Below the pieces are notes generated by a model. The model made no database searches and was not told the origin of the DNA. It was given only the letters and a program-made list of their open reading frames with translations. A stretch of DNA of 64,000 nucleotides from Strigamia acuminata (Eukaryota), in assembly GCA_949358305.1 (NCBI GenBank), contig OX442314.1, positions 31,248,001-31,312,000 on the forward strand, written 5' to 3'. How positions within the stretch are numbered: position 1 is the stretch's first letter; each line of letters opens with the position of its first letter. The translations under genes and the position numbers were made by a program. Below are positions 46,428 through 59,351 of this stretch, piece by piece.

Positions 46428-48983
46428 TATATGTGCAGTTTTTGAGGTTTTAACTATTTTGAATGTTGATTAGCAATTTTTGTCATGTACCTCGTAGAGT
46501 CATATTTCGGTGGCAAAGATTAATTATATCTCATTAGCATAGGTTGTGAGAAAGAATGTGTACATTTTTTGTTTTAAAAAAAAAAAAAAAAATTAGTGGG
46601 ATAGTATACATAGGGATTAGGTTGGAATAAATGAAGCACATATTTAATCTAGGAGAATGAGGTCAGTTGGGAGTAGCACGGGAGCATCGGGAGAATTGGA
46701 GGTGGATTTACGAAAATTACACGATTTTGGGGGTTAAGCTGGATGATTATATTCGGGATTCGGTCATTTGATTTGCGTATTTAAGTTTTGATTCACATTT
46801 GCTTGTGCATTCAAATTTTGCATTTGATTCTCGCTTTTAATCTTTTGAGAACGGTGTTGGGAGAATTTTAGATGTCATTTAATGTAGTTGGAGATAATAG
46901 CCCTTTATGGATTGGGTAACGGACATGGGGTGTGTATATTGTGTATAAGAAGTGTTTATTTACGGTTTGGGGAAAGGTACACGTTGCTCACGGGGGTGAG
47001 CAACCAAATTATGGGTGAGCGACGACATTTTCAACGTCGGTAGCGCCATCTAGTGTGCCGGTTACTAAATAAGGTGGAGCAGGACAGGACGCGATGCGTG
47101 GCGCCCTCTCGTATCAAGTGGGTGCGTCATATTGTGAGTTGTAACATAAGCATATTTCAGGATTCGGATTTCGGGGGTTTTGGGGGGAATGTGGTTTGGG
47201 TTATCATAATCATTCATATGTTCTAAAATTAATAGGTATTATGAATAAATTAGTTAGGGAATATTTAGCTTCTCACGATTTCACATGTGTCATTCATTGG
47301 TAAGTGTGTATAATAATCACGGTCGCCGTAAAAAGGATTAATGGTTAACTGATCGATTAACTAATTGGTCAGCTGGTCGATTGGTGGATGGGTTAATGGC
47401 TTCACTAATGATGGGATTAAATGGATCATATCCGTTAGATTGTGGTATAGTTTGTGACGGTTACACTGTCATGCATTTTGCTAGTTAAGACGTTTATTTT
47501 ACCCATAGATGGCGCTAGAACGATTTAGCGGAAATTTCGAAGTTTGATTATTTTCAGTAATTAAAATATAAATTATTATTTATATTTTAGTCTGTTTCAG
47601 GTTTAAACAGTTATTTAATATATTTTATGTTGTTTTAACTAGTTTACTACATAATTCTGTTGAATTATGTATAAATTTCATCCCTCGCCACCCACTGAAA
47701 GTTGGACTAATTCCGGATTACAGTCAAAAGACTTAATCCGAAATGTGTCCTGTGTATCCAGTTCCTGGAACGGACCTAGTAGAGGACTATGTCCTGGCTA
47801 TCCGCTTCCTAGAGCCTAGGATTGGAAGGATTTAGGTGACCAGTGATCCCATTGGATCGATGATCAGCCTATTGTCCAGTACGAGTATATATTCCCGTGT
47901 AAACCGGATATATCGCTCGCTCTCTTGTTGGTGTTCTGTTCCTGACGCCACTTGAACCGGGTCTGGTGGACTTAGGGCCACTTGGGTGAATTTAGTTCAC
48001 TTTGTTGCACTTAGGGGCAATGGATAGCTGTAGCTATGGAAAGTAACATTTATCAATTTAACATTCATTCCTCATAATTTCAGTACAGGCCGGATAAGAA
48101 ATACTTGATATTTAGTGTAAGAATCTAGAGTGGGTCGAAGATCCACAGACACACTCCCGCCTCTTCATGCCAACATTCCGTTGTAGAAATAACTGTAGAA
48201 TCTAGAGTGGAATATTACAATTTCACAGACACATTATTTAGGTAATCGACGTGGAGTAATTTCCCGGTTATTCTCCCGCCCGCCAGAACCGAGCGGAGTA
48301 ATTTCCCGGTAAATGGATAACCCTTCCTACGAGAGACTTCTGATTCAATTCGTTGTTGGTTTTGACGGAACATTTAAAAAGGCTTAAATGTTGATTGCAC
48401 TCGGGGCAACAAATAGCTCGGCGCTATTTTAATTTATTCTTTATTTTTTCCAGTTATTTTATCCCGCTTCGTGAATATAATATCATGTGGAATTCTGTCG
48501 AATTTACATGAATATTTATTCAATTTATTTCGTCATGTTGATGACCGCGCTTTGCAATTATTATCCATATAATAATTACAAGTGTGACGACTGCAGAAAA
48601 GTCAACCGCACCTCTCGGATATAACCCACCCAAGCCTAACCATTACACACCTTTTTAGATCCAAACCAGAACCAGTTAGATGTCGAAACCATTCGAGTCC
48701 ATATTCAGACGACATCTTTTACGTCCCGACAATAAGACCGATACACATTCTTGTTGTCTGACTGAAAACCGCAAGTGATATTATTATAGGGCTTTTGCCG
48801 ACCGATTGTATAGTTTAACTTGCAGAATTTCGACCATTTGTCGGTCTAGTATTTATATAAGTTCAAACCGGAATAAATTGTCATATGATTTGAGAAATCA
48901 CAAGCCTCCGTATTTTACACTTTCACACAAGTTCTCGCTCTAATTTTCTAGCAATTGTATCTCGCAAAGTCAATCGTCACACG

Positions 48984-49000
48984 TGGAGGTCCCACCGAGA
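48984..49000 (+). promoter_or_regulatory. Primer binding site complementary to the tRNA-Gln 3' end
   Basis: TGGAGGTCCCACCGAGA two bases after the 5' LTR. Confidence 0.8.
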
Positions 49001-50063
49001 TAGGTTGCATTATTAAAGTGAACTCTGTGATCAAAGTGTAAAATTTGAAAAAATGAATTTTTGATTATTTTACGTAGATATTATAATTAGAAAATTTCCG
49101 ATTTTCTCTTGGTAAAAATACTGTGTGTTATTTATTCATTTCCAAAAATCCAAGTTATCTTTTGGAAATGACTAAGTTTAAATTTTTCGATTATTTTGAT
49201 AACGCATTATAATCTAAAGATTTCGAATTTTCCAAGGAAATAATCTATTTTGACCGTCTTAAGTTTTCAAAAATATTCTTGGCATATTTTGAAAGTCTCG
49301 AAGCCATGAATTGCGATCAAAAGATAGATTAACAATTTTGTTGGCTAAAAGACCAAAATATTTATTTTATTGTTCGGTTAGAATTTGACTATTTTGATAA
49401 ATTCATTATAATTAGAAAATTCCGAGTTTTTTTAATAAAATCTACTTTTGTTTTGATCAAGTTCTCCGAAAATACATTGTTATATTTCGGAAATCTCGAA
49501 GTTAGGAATTTTAATCAAAAAAATTGATTAATAATTCTGTGGCTAAAAACTGGAAATAATAAAATACTTATTTTATTTTATTTAAGTTTGGTTAAAACTT
49601 GGCCAGTTATTCTACTGTTCTGTTAAAAGTTACGGATTTTAATCTTAATCTGTGACAAGTTAAAGAATGTGACAAAGAGAACCAATCACGACGCAGTTTT
49701 GAACATGCCACCCAGATTATGGATTACTGAGAATTCTGGATTAAATTCGTCAGAAATATCTCAGTACCACCAATCAATGCAGACTTTCTTAACAATAGAA
49801 AATACCGGAAACCAGTTGGACAAAGAAATCTTTTGCCACACTTGCTTTCTATCAGCGTGACCGTTCAGTTGTGCCTTGTGGTCAGTGCCTTCCTGGACCA
49901 TTCTTGACCGAAGACAAGACAGTTTTGACCGTAGCCACTTCAGTTTAGCAGCCAAGGTTGTATAATTTCATTTTCCTTTTTAGTTTAAAAATTAAGCGTG
50001 TTTTATTTGACGCTAGTATTTGTTTAAATTTCATTTTTTTTTGTGTATTTCTCGACGAGTATT

Positions 50064-51998
50064 ATGGCCCGTAGACCTGTAAGAGCACGTGGAGCACGTG
50101 GAGGTCGTGGAGCACGTAGACGTGGTAATATGCGTGAACCACCACGGGAAATTGTGGAGTCTGATCCAGAAAGTCAGGGGGACGAAGTTGTGCCTAGAAA
50201 CAATTCCAACCCAAATAGTTCTCGGACAGAACCACTTCCAGTCTCGCAAGATTTAGAAATTTACTGCCGTCATTTCCAATTGGAAGTGACGCAATTTTCA
50301 ACTCTATACGAAGCGCAACAATACACGGCGAATAATTGTCACGGAAGAATTCGTGCAATATCTCCCGATGTAGTTGTATCAAACGAGCAGAATATTTCGA
50401 TAGATTTAACTGATGCTCGTACACCAGCCGCTTACCGCTACCAGCAGTTGCCTGGATGGCGTATGAATGTTGCACGCGAGGCAAATGAACAACCAAATCA
50501 TGCGATTTCTGTTCAACCCGCGATTCAATTACCTACTGCTTCTTGGAGAGCAAATTTGACGGACAGAGTGGAAAATCTTGGACAAGAAGATTCTTCTGTT
50601 CCAATTTCTCATAATTTACCAAGTGTGACGGTCGGAAATAATAATTTACCCGCTCACACTGGAAATTTGAATGAGTCATTTCGAGTTTCACAGCCTCTCC
50701 CACGAAGGGAAAATCTGACTATTGTTCCAATCCAGCCAAGGGGGAGAAATGAAAATTCACAAAATTTTCAATCTCGCTCCCAATCCGACAGAGATTTTAG
50801 GAATTATAGAAATTCTTATCAAGCTCCGACAGGACATGCATCGCAGGAAAATCGGCCATTTCCCGGAGCACCTGGAGATCCTCGAGATTCCGACCCAAAT
50901 TCGAGCAGTGACGACTCTCAAGCTGGTGGAGGGGGAAATTATCATAATAATAATTTCCGCCAAAGAAACAATTCCCGTTCTCCTCCGCCAAATAGACGAC
51001 TGAATTTTAATAGACCAAATTCTTCATCTAGGGCTCAAGGAGATTGTTCCACGCCAAATTCGAATTTGACATCTAATTTGTCAAATGAAGATTTAAGACA
51101 AATAATTCAAGGCTTAGCTAGCCAAAGTCGAGACTCTAATTTAAACCAAAAATTCGGGAAAGGAATAGAAATTCCAATTTTTGACGGAAAACAATCCGAA
51201 GTTACTCGCTTTTTAGACATTGTAAAAGCTGTAGCTTCAGGGAAAGGCATTCCACTAGACGAAATGGTACACCAAGCTGTACCAGGTCGCCTATTAGGAC
51301 ATGCGCAACGATGGTTTCATCAACAACGCCACACATTTATTAATTGGCGAGTGTTTGAAGCCCAATTTCTTGAACGTTTCGATTTAGTGCCTCTTACAAG
51401 ATCTAGACGTTTAACCAATGTAAAACAACGAGCAGACGAGTCGCTGTATTGTTTCCTCTTGCGATTCACCCAAGAACAAGGTGAAATACCACGTGGGGAC
51501 AGGGCAGGACTCGAAAGCCTTTTCAATAACTTGACACAAGAAAGTTTCTCGTTATTGATGGCACAAGGACTATATGGTGACTACACAGTCGATGATATTT
51601 TGCAATATGTCGGCTTGAATCGCTGTATGTTCGAGAATTCAGCACAACTAGCAGCAGACCTCGAGTATGATAATCAAGAAGATAATCCTGCTCCAAAAGC
51701 CAACGAAAAATCTAAGATTTTTCCATCACTTCGCTTAACTCGAACCGAAGATGAGGTTAAAGAAGAAAATGAGTCAGAAAATGACGAATCAACTAATGAC
51801 AATAGGTTTGATCGATCATTTAAGACACAGTACGAAAATACGACAGGGAAATGCTTTTATTGTCACAAGCCCGGACATTTCAAAAAAGAATGTCCAGCTC
51901 TGGCTAAAAAATTAGCCAGGAAAGCAGATTCAGCAAATCCAAATAAAAGATTTAACCAATCTGCCCTTAGCTCAGACTCTAATAAGAGACCTAAATAA
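50064..51998 (+). CDS. gag: Ty3/Gypsy-type Gag, 644 aa
   Basis: IPIFDG..FL...L.G.A..WF......W..F...F..RF, Q..DES...F..RF, CFYCHKPGHFKKEC; Arg/Gly-rich N-terminus. Confidence 0.92.
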   Translation: MARRPVRARGARGGRGARRRGNMREPPREIVESDPESQGDEVVPRNNSNPNSSRTEPLPVSQDLEIYCRHFQLEVTQFSTLYEAQQYTANNCHGRIRAISPDVVVSNEQNISIDLTDARTPAAYRYQQLPGWRMNVAREANEQPNHAISVQPAIQLPTASWRANLTDRVENLGQEDSSVPISHNLPSVTVGNNNLPAHTGNLNESFRVSQPLPRRENLTIVPIQPRGRNENSQNFQSRSQSDRDFRNYRNSYQAPTGHASQENRPFPGAPGDPRDSDPNSSSDDSQAGGGGNYHNNNFRQRNNSRSPPPNRRLNFNRPNSSSRAQGDCSTPNSNLTSNLSNEDLRQIIQGLASQSRDSNLNQKFGKGIEIPIFDGKQSEVTRFLDIVKAVASGKGIPLDEMVHQAVPGRLLGHAQRWFHQQRHTFINWRVFEAQFLERFDLVPLTRSRRLTNVKQRADESLYCFLLRFTQEQGEIPRGDRAGLESLFNNLTQESFSLLMAQGLYGDYTVDDILQYVGLNRCMFENSAQLAADLEYDNQEDNPAPKANEKSKIFPSLRLTRTEDEVKEENESENDESTNDNRFDRSFKTQYENTTGKCFYCHKPGHFKKECPALAKKLARKADSANPNKRFNQSALSSDSNKRPK

Positions 51999-54204
51999 AA
52001 TAGGGTTAGATGGATTTATGTAGATATATACGAAAATTTTAACATGTGTTAATTCTTTTGAATTATCTGTGCGAGTTGTTCCTTATTGGAATTTATGTAT
52101 TCTTAATTATGGAACTCTTTTAACTCGTAACAGGTTTATTTGCGTGAATTACATTTCAAAAAGAAATTGTCATTTCATAGGTAAAATAATTTGTCAAACT
52201 TTATTAATCATTTATGATACAAATTTTGATATTATTTAAGTTTATCTTCTTCTCTGGTATAGATATAAGTCCATTCTATAAAAGAGATTAGGATTTGAGT
52301 TTATTTTATTGAAATTGTTTTTTAATAAATAATTCTGAAACATATTTTGATTAAGGTTGAGATTTATTTTAATATAAATAGGTTTTACTTACCTAGGATT
52401 GAAGCTCTTATGTTACAGATGCCAGTGTAACCCTAATCTTGTAAGATATATATTAAATAGTATGCAAATATTTCATATTAGCATATATTTAAGGGGGATG
52501 TGTGACGGTTACACTGTCATGCATTTTGCTAGTTAAGACGTTTATTTTACCCATAGATGGCGCTAGAACGATTTAGCGGAAATTTCGAAGTTTGATTATT
52601 TTCAGTAATTAAAATATAAATTATTATTTATATTTTAGTCTGTTTCAGGTTTAAACAGTTATTTAATATATTTTATGTTGTTTTAACTAGTTTACTACAT
52701 AATTCTGTTGAATTATGTATAAATTTCATCCCTCGCCACCCACTGAAAGTTGGACTAATTCCGGATTACAGTCAAAAGACTTAATCCGAAATGTGTCCTG
52801 TGTATCCAGTTCCTGGAACGGACCTAGTAGAGGACTATGTCCTGGCTATCCGCTTCCTAGAGCCTAGGATTGGAAGGATTTAGGTGACCAGTGATCCCAT
52901 TGGATCGATGATCAGCCTATTGTCCAGTACGAGTATATATTCCCGTGTAAACCGGATATATCGCTCGCTCTCTTGTTGGTGTTCTGTTCCTGACGCCACT
53001 TGAACCGGGTCTGGTGGACTTAGGGCCACTTGGGTGAATTTAGTTCACTTTGTTGCACTTAGGGGCAATGGATAGCTGTAGCTATGGAAAGTAACATTTA
53101 TCAATTTAACATTCATTCCTCATAATTTCAGTACAGGCCGGATAAGAAATACTTGATATTTAGTGTAAGAATCTAGAGTGGGTCGAAGATCCACAGACAC
53201 ACTCCCGCCTCTTCATGCCAACATTCCGTTGTAGAAATAACTGTAGAATCTAGAGTGGAATATTACAATTTCACAGACACATTATTTAGGTAATCGACGT
53301 GGAGTAATTTCCCGGTTATTCTCCCGCCCGCCAGAACCGAGCGGAGTAATTTCCCGGTAAATGGATAACCCTTCCTACGAGAGACTTCTGATTCAATTCG
53401 TTGTTGGTTTTGACGGAACATTTAAAAAGGCTTAAATGTTGATTGCACTCGGGGCAACAAATAGCTCGGCGCTATTTTAATTTATTCTTTATTTTTTCCA
53501 GTTATTTTATCCCGCTTCGTGAATATAATATCATGTGGAATTCTGTCGAATTTACATGAATATTTATTCAATTTATTTCGTCATGTTGATGACCGCGCTT
53601 TGCAATTATTATCCATATAATAATTACAAGTGTGACGACTGCAGAAAAGTCAACCGCACCTCTCGGATATAACCCACCCAAGCCTAACCATTACACACCT
53701 TTTTAGATCCAAACCAGAACCAGTTAGATGTCGAAACCATTCGAGTCCATATTCAGACGACATCTTTTACGTCCCGACAATAAGACCGATACACATTCTT
53801 GTTGTCTGACTGAAAACCGCAAGTGATATTATTATAGGGCTTTTGCCGACCGATTGTATAGTTTAACTTGCAGAATTTCGACCATTTGTCGGTCTAGTAT
53901 TTATATAAGTTCAAACCGGAATAAATTGTCATATGATTTGAGAAATCACAAGCCTCCGTATTTTACACTTTCACACAAGTTCTCGCTCTAATTTTCTAGC
54001 AATTGTATCTCGCAAAGTCAATCGTCACAAGTTAGTGCATTCATTGATGTATTTATCATGTTCCTTGTTCTATTTCTTGCATTTCTTGTTGCATTTCTTG
54101 CATTTCTTGTTGCACTATACTAAGTTTGGGAGGTCGGTAAATACTAATGGTGGAGGATAGGGTTAATAATTGTTTTTTTTTTTTTTTCTTTTATTTCTAG
54201 TTAT

Positions 54205-56128
54205 ACAGGTGACCGGATCCGCATCAGAGTAATGATTGGTGCCGGTTGGTGGGTCTTTGGGATGGTCATTGGTGGTTGGGCCAGAGGGGAGTTTGTCAGT
54301 GCCGGAAAGACTCAGCTATCATTGGACGGAGGAATAGGGGTGGAGTCAGGTGGGACCAATAGTACCACCAACTCAACAGCAGTGAAAGAAAGAAAAACTT
54401 TGGGGCTGGGCTCTCTGTTTGTGTGTCAGTGGCGCAGTGATAAAGCTGTTTGTGCAAAGGACCACGGAGGAGTGGGGTTAACCCATGTGGGGGCAATCAC
54501 TCAGGAATGGTGTGGACATGGAGCAGATTTCTGTTCCCGATGCGTTCTCGGTACAATTACACGCTTATTGGACACAGAGGGCAGATTTTAGAAGCTTAAA
54601 GAAGTGCGAACCGAGTTTCAACCTCACGAGAAGGGGGACAATGTGCGTTACAACTGTTTCGGTCGGGGCGAAGCTTGCACATGTGGGGAAGCTCGTTGCA
54701 ATGGGGACACCGCGTTTTGTAAAAAATAGAAGTGCGATCCTGCAGCGTCATGTTTTTGTACCACGCAGTTGGTGGGAGCCAACAAGGTCTACCAGGGAGT
54801 TGCGGAAGGAAAGGGAGGAGCAGAAGGGGTCTGGTTGACCAATCCGCAGGTTGTAACGTACCGAACTTGTGCCTTTAGAACTCCACTTTTGGGCGAACAA
54901 AAGCGGAAAACATTGGCCATAGGTTCCGAAAGGAAAATCCAATTTGACAATGAAGTCGGTACTTTGAGACTGCAATTGCCCGGTCTTGTAATCGGGGCGC
55001 CGGGTAATCTGACATTGAGAAAAGGTGGATTAGAATATGCGGCGATCCGGGTTTTTACTTATTAAATTATATAAATTCAATAAGCAATCGTCGGTGAGAT
55101 GCCGTACAGGACTTCTACTCTGTGGCTAAATGGTTGTCTAGGGGAATGATTTTTACACGAAGAGTAAAAGGAAAAATTAGATTGTTTTAATCGTTCTAAA
55201 TACACTTGATAGATGCAAAGGGGAAATAATAATAGTAATGTAATGACTGGGTCGATCTGGCTTCTCTTTGTACTTGGACACTCACAGTTGACCGTTGGCT
55301 CCAAAATGGCGTCGATGGCGTCGTGTGAGCGCGGGATTTTAGCGGAGTAAACTCAACGCTAAAATACGTTGCTAAAATATACTAAAAATCCTCGTGGAGC
55401 ACGCTCGACACGAGAATACGTCTTGCACACAGCGGTTTGATTATTACGGAGCAAGCTCGACGTAACAATCCGTCTTAACACACAGATTTCTTTGTGGAGC
55501 AAGCTCGACACAAAGAACTACAAATTGACAGAGCAAGCTCAATGTCAATTCACACACAGAAATGGCTTAAATTACGCGTAGTAATTCAAGCAGAAGGGCG
55601 CTATTCCGTACAGTTGGCACGGACCAGCAATGAATCTCGATTCTTCCAATATCACAGATCACACTTAGCGAGTTTGGGCATAAGTTTGACACGGTTGTGA
55701 AAGGTTTGGAAGCAGGATCAAGAGTGCGGGAAGAGTGGGCCAAAACCGTTTGGCTCACTTCTAAATCTGCTCAGAAAAGCTGCGCAGATGACGAGTTGCA
55801 TGAAGATCACACACGGCCGCCTTCGGGTCGTGTGCAACAATCGAGCCGGGCACGCGCGAGGGGAAGGGATGCTCCGCCCAGGCACACGCCTAGCAGCATC
55901 ATCAAAGCAATGCACGCTGCAGCGCGATTGGTTGACGCTGTTGCTGGGCCAAAACTTGCTGCAAAACACAATATTATTTGGGTAATATTGTGTCTTGTTT
56001 TATATTTTATTAATGTATGTTTTATTTCAACTTACATTGAAACAAAACATATACGCTTGTTGAACATGTTTATAAGACAATTTGGAAATATGGTGCGCAC
56101 TCAAATAGGAATATTTGAGGTCACCACA
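54205..56128 (-). mobile_element. Long 3' LTR of the right-hand Gypsy element (left edge uncertain)
   Basis: Minus-strand PPT aagggggggaag directly before TGTGGTGACC; gagatgccgt and tgtctagggg blocks shared with remnants A and B. Confidence 0.65.
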
Positions 56129-56303
56129 CTTCCCCCCCTTTTAAGAAAGAATCTTATTCTTTTCCAAAAAGAGATAGGTAAGTATGAGAATAAATACACA
56201 AGGTTTCAAAGTAAAATGGAACAGGATATATATTTATTCTTTTTTATTACAGTGTAAAAAATAAAAAAGGAATTATTTTTTAATGAACGGGCGTGTTCCC
56301 TAA

Positions 56304-59142
56304 TTATTTAGGCAACATGTCCGTCGAATGATCATTGGGATCCTTGTGCTCTGTGACGGTGCACAAAGGTCGGCCGGCGTTTGGTCCTGACCGGAAGCCA
56401 GGGTTGATGTGGAGCCACACTTGCTTTATGCGGTCCACACCATCCCTTCGTCCAAAACCCATCTCGAAGTACTCCTGCGGGTCTTGAGGCGTAATTCGAG
56501 CGAACACCAGGCGTTGATGCAGGATCCACGGCTGTTGTTCCTTAATGTGGTTTTCCAGCCACGCGAGGACTCGGTTGCATAAATCCTCGCTGTTCTGGAG
56601 AATCGTTTTTGTTGCGCTCGTTATGTAGCAAAAGGCGTATAACGAGCGCAAACGTTGATAGGCGGTGAGGTGGGTGGCCATACTCGATCCCCTATCTCTC
56701 GGCGGCGAATCCTTTGGAGGAGGCGGCGGTGGCGGCGACTTCTTGCAGATCGAGAGGGATCTGGATCTGCGCAAAGCCGGGGTGCGTGTCTTTGGTCTGG
56801 CACCGCAGGCCACAGGCACGACGAACTCGCGATCGTCGCTGTCGAGCCATTCCATCGGAGACGAGACGTTGCAACTCGGTGCCTCGGTTGCACGGGAAAC
56901 ACTCGACGTTGCCGTGATGGCAGCGTGGAGTGGAGCTGCGGATGACGGTGGTGCGCCAGCGGGACGGACGGTAGCTCGTTCTGCTGCGCGTTGCTGCTTC
57001 AGCGCAGCCCATTCCTGCCGTAGTCGAATGGCGGATCCAGCCGGAGTTTCGCCAGTCGCCTCGGCTTGTTGCGTCAATTCGGCGAGCATCGTTGGAGGAT
57101 CGGGGCGAACTGACTCCCAATCGTCCAGCAAGGCTCGTGGAAGCCCTAACGGCACGGTCCACAATCGAGTGGCGGCCGCCAGAGCAATCTGTGGGTCGGG
57201 AAAGACTCCTTGGAACAGGATTCGAAGCAGTCCCTCCGACAATTTCCTGTTCATTTTCTGCAGCGTCCGTTGCAGTTGCTTGTCGGACTTGCACGACGCA
57301 AGCTCTCGCGCAAGCCACTGCCACTCTTTCTCACCTTCGCGGATCTGAGCGAGTTGGTATTCGTCCAGATGCGCGAGGTACATCGCTTGGGCTGTCTCGG
57401 GAAACGATGAGAATCGCCTCCAGAGATCAGCGCACTCCTGTGCGGGAAATGGTTCGTGAGAGACGTATCCCTCAAAACGGATGACCGATGTCACTTGTGG
57501 CACGGGCACCGATGGGTCTGGTCGCATGTCGCTGGTGACTGGACGGCAAGCGAACGGCAAAGAGGTGTTGACGTCTCCTTGACCGGCTTGCAAAGCGGCG
57601 ATGCGACGATCTTCCTTCGCTATCTCGTCCGACCAGTCAATCTGGCAGGAGGAGGTGGAAGCGCTAAGCTGAGAAGCGTTGGATCTTTCTTCGCGCGACG
57701 AGAGTGAACTCCTCGTGGAAGATTGGCGCGATTGCACTCGAGGTCGGCTTCGGGATGCGGGTCTCGACACGGACTTCGAATGTCTTTTTGGCGGCGTCGA
57801 CTCGCGTCGGTGATGTGAGCGATGACGAGTCTTCTGGAGTGGAGGTAACCCTCCAATGGCGCCTTCCCCCGACGACTGTGTTGGGGAGGAGCGACGGCCA
57901 CTGTAGGGCGACCTCGATGATCGCGACCTCGACGTGGAGCGCGGCGGCACCACGTGGATGGTGGAAGCGACCTGTACCCGGGGCTCAGGCTCTGGATACG
58001 GGTTTGGCACGAAATCAGCATGGAAACATCCGCCCATGGCTAGCTGATGCATTTCCGACTGGCATGTCGGCACCCAACGTTTCTTTCCGTCCGTTGTTAC
58101 ACGGAAAGATTCGTGGTAGAGGCGTACAACCTCGGCCTTGGTTTGGTCAAGACGTTGGAAGATGTCCTCCAAAATCTGTCGACGCTCCCACGCAGGAGCG
58201 TTGAAGTAGCGGCGATGGTCTCGCGTTTCTTGAGCGATCACTGTGAAGGCGAAGTCAAGCAACACGTTTCGCAGTGGTCCGAAGGTGTCGCGCTTTATTG
58301 CCCACTCGAGGGCGTCGCGATGACCGAATCCATCGATTAAATAAGCGATCCGAAACTTCGTTCCCCATCGCTTGTTTAAGGCCTTGGAGAATTTATGTCG
58401 GGCCGCCCAAAACGTCAGTCTTCCTTTGGACTTGATGATTTCTGGCGGCAATGCATGTCGCCAGACACCAGGAGCGGTCGGAACATCGGGGTGCAAGTCG
58501 AGATGCGTCTCCCGAAGTTGGATGATCTGTAAAATATTCGAAGAAATAATTAAAATCCATTTTTTCGTGTAAAATAATTATTTCCGAATTTTCAGTGAAT
58601 AAAATCACGGGTGAGATTTCATTCGGCAGTTTAGATTCGTTAAATTTTTCAAAATATTTGAAAAATCGTGAAAAACGTTGTTTCCGACGGCTATGTTTCA
58701 GTGTTTGGAGCGTTACCATAGCAACGCCTCAAAAATGAGACACAGCGCCATCTGATGATAAAAATGGCGGCGCCTTCTTGCGAAGGCGTTACCAACGAAC
58801 TTTTCGCTTTTTCCGAGTGAAAATGCACTTTTAATTACTTTTCATGACTGAAAGGTAATTTTATTTTAATTTATTTACCCGGTCGTGTCTCTGTGCACGA
58901 GTTTCGCCGTTTGGATCGGCGAATAGGCCTCCTCGTAGTCGGGGCTGAGACGGCGTGACCGGCAAACGGGCAGCAGCGTCGGCCAGAGCGGCTTGAGCTT
59001 CGGCGGACGCTTCGGCGGACTCTTCGGTGACATCCACGGATGTATTCGAAGTGTTTGCGGAACCAAGCAGCGTCGAATTTGTCTCTAATTCGAGGCTGTT
59101 GGCGCCGGCTTCGCTTCCTTCTTTCGGTTCCTCTCCTTCCAT
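56304..59142 (-). CDS. Spliced accessory gene of the Gypsy element, ~828 aa (exons 59142-58879 and 58526-56304)
   Basis: CGG|GTAAAT donor and TTTTACAG|ATC acceptor join the 88-codon ATG exon in frame to the long ORF; a further 5' UTR intron at 59151-59228. Confidence 0.75.
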
Positions 59143-59351
59143 TTGAACGACTAATTCAAATAGAAAAGAAAAACGAAAATTAATTTATTAGTTTTTCCTT
59201 GGAAAATTCCAAAGAAAAAACTACTTACAATTGAAGAATCTCGTTGAAATAATCCGGTTGTCGCTTTTGGTTTTTTGGGAGATGAGCACTTAGCACACGT
59301 GTGAGATCGAAGTGAACTCAGACGCGAAGTGATCAGTTCAAATACCGGAAG

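Larger units (their letters stand above)
47453..54029 (+). mobile_element. Gag-only LTR retroelement, 6577 bp
   Basis: 1529-bp LTRs at 47453-48981 and 52501-54029 with no difference seen by eye; TGTGACG...CGTCACA; TSD AGTT; PPT aagggggatg. Confidence 0.96.

Noticed and set aside
47043..47056. CTCF-like motif GCGCCATCTAGTG (similar at ~47505, ~52553, ~58745)
   Set aside because: Short motif common in TEs; function cannot be supported from sequence alone
50064..51998. Domesticated Arc-like host gene
   Set aside because: Flanked by apparently identical LTRs with PBS, PPT and TSD, so a recent mobile insertion
56304..58496. env gene
   Set aside because: No signal peptide, C-terminal TM anchor or Cys-rich ectodomain visible
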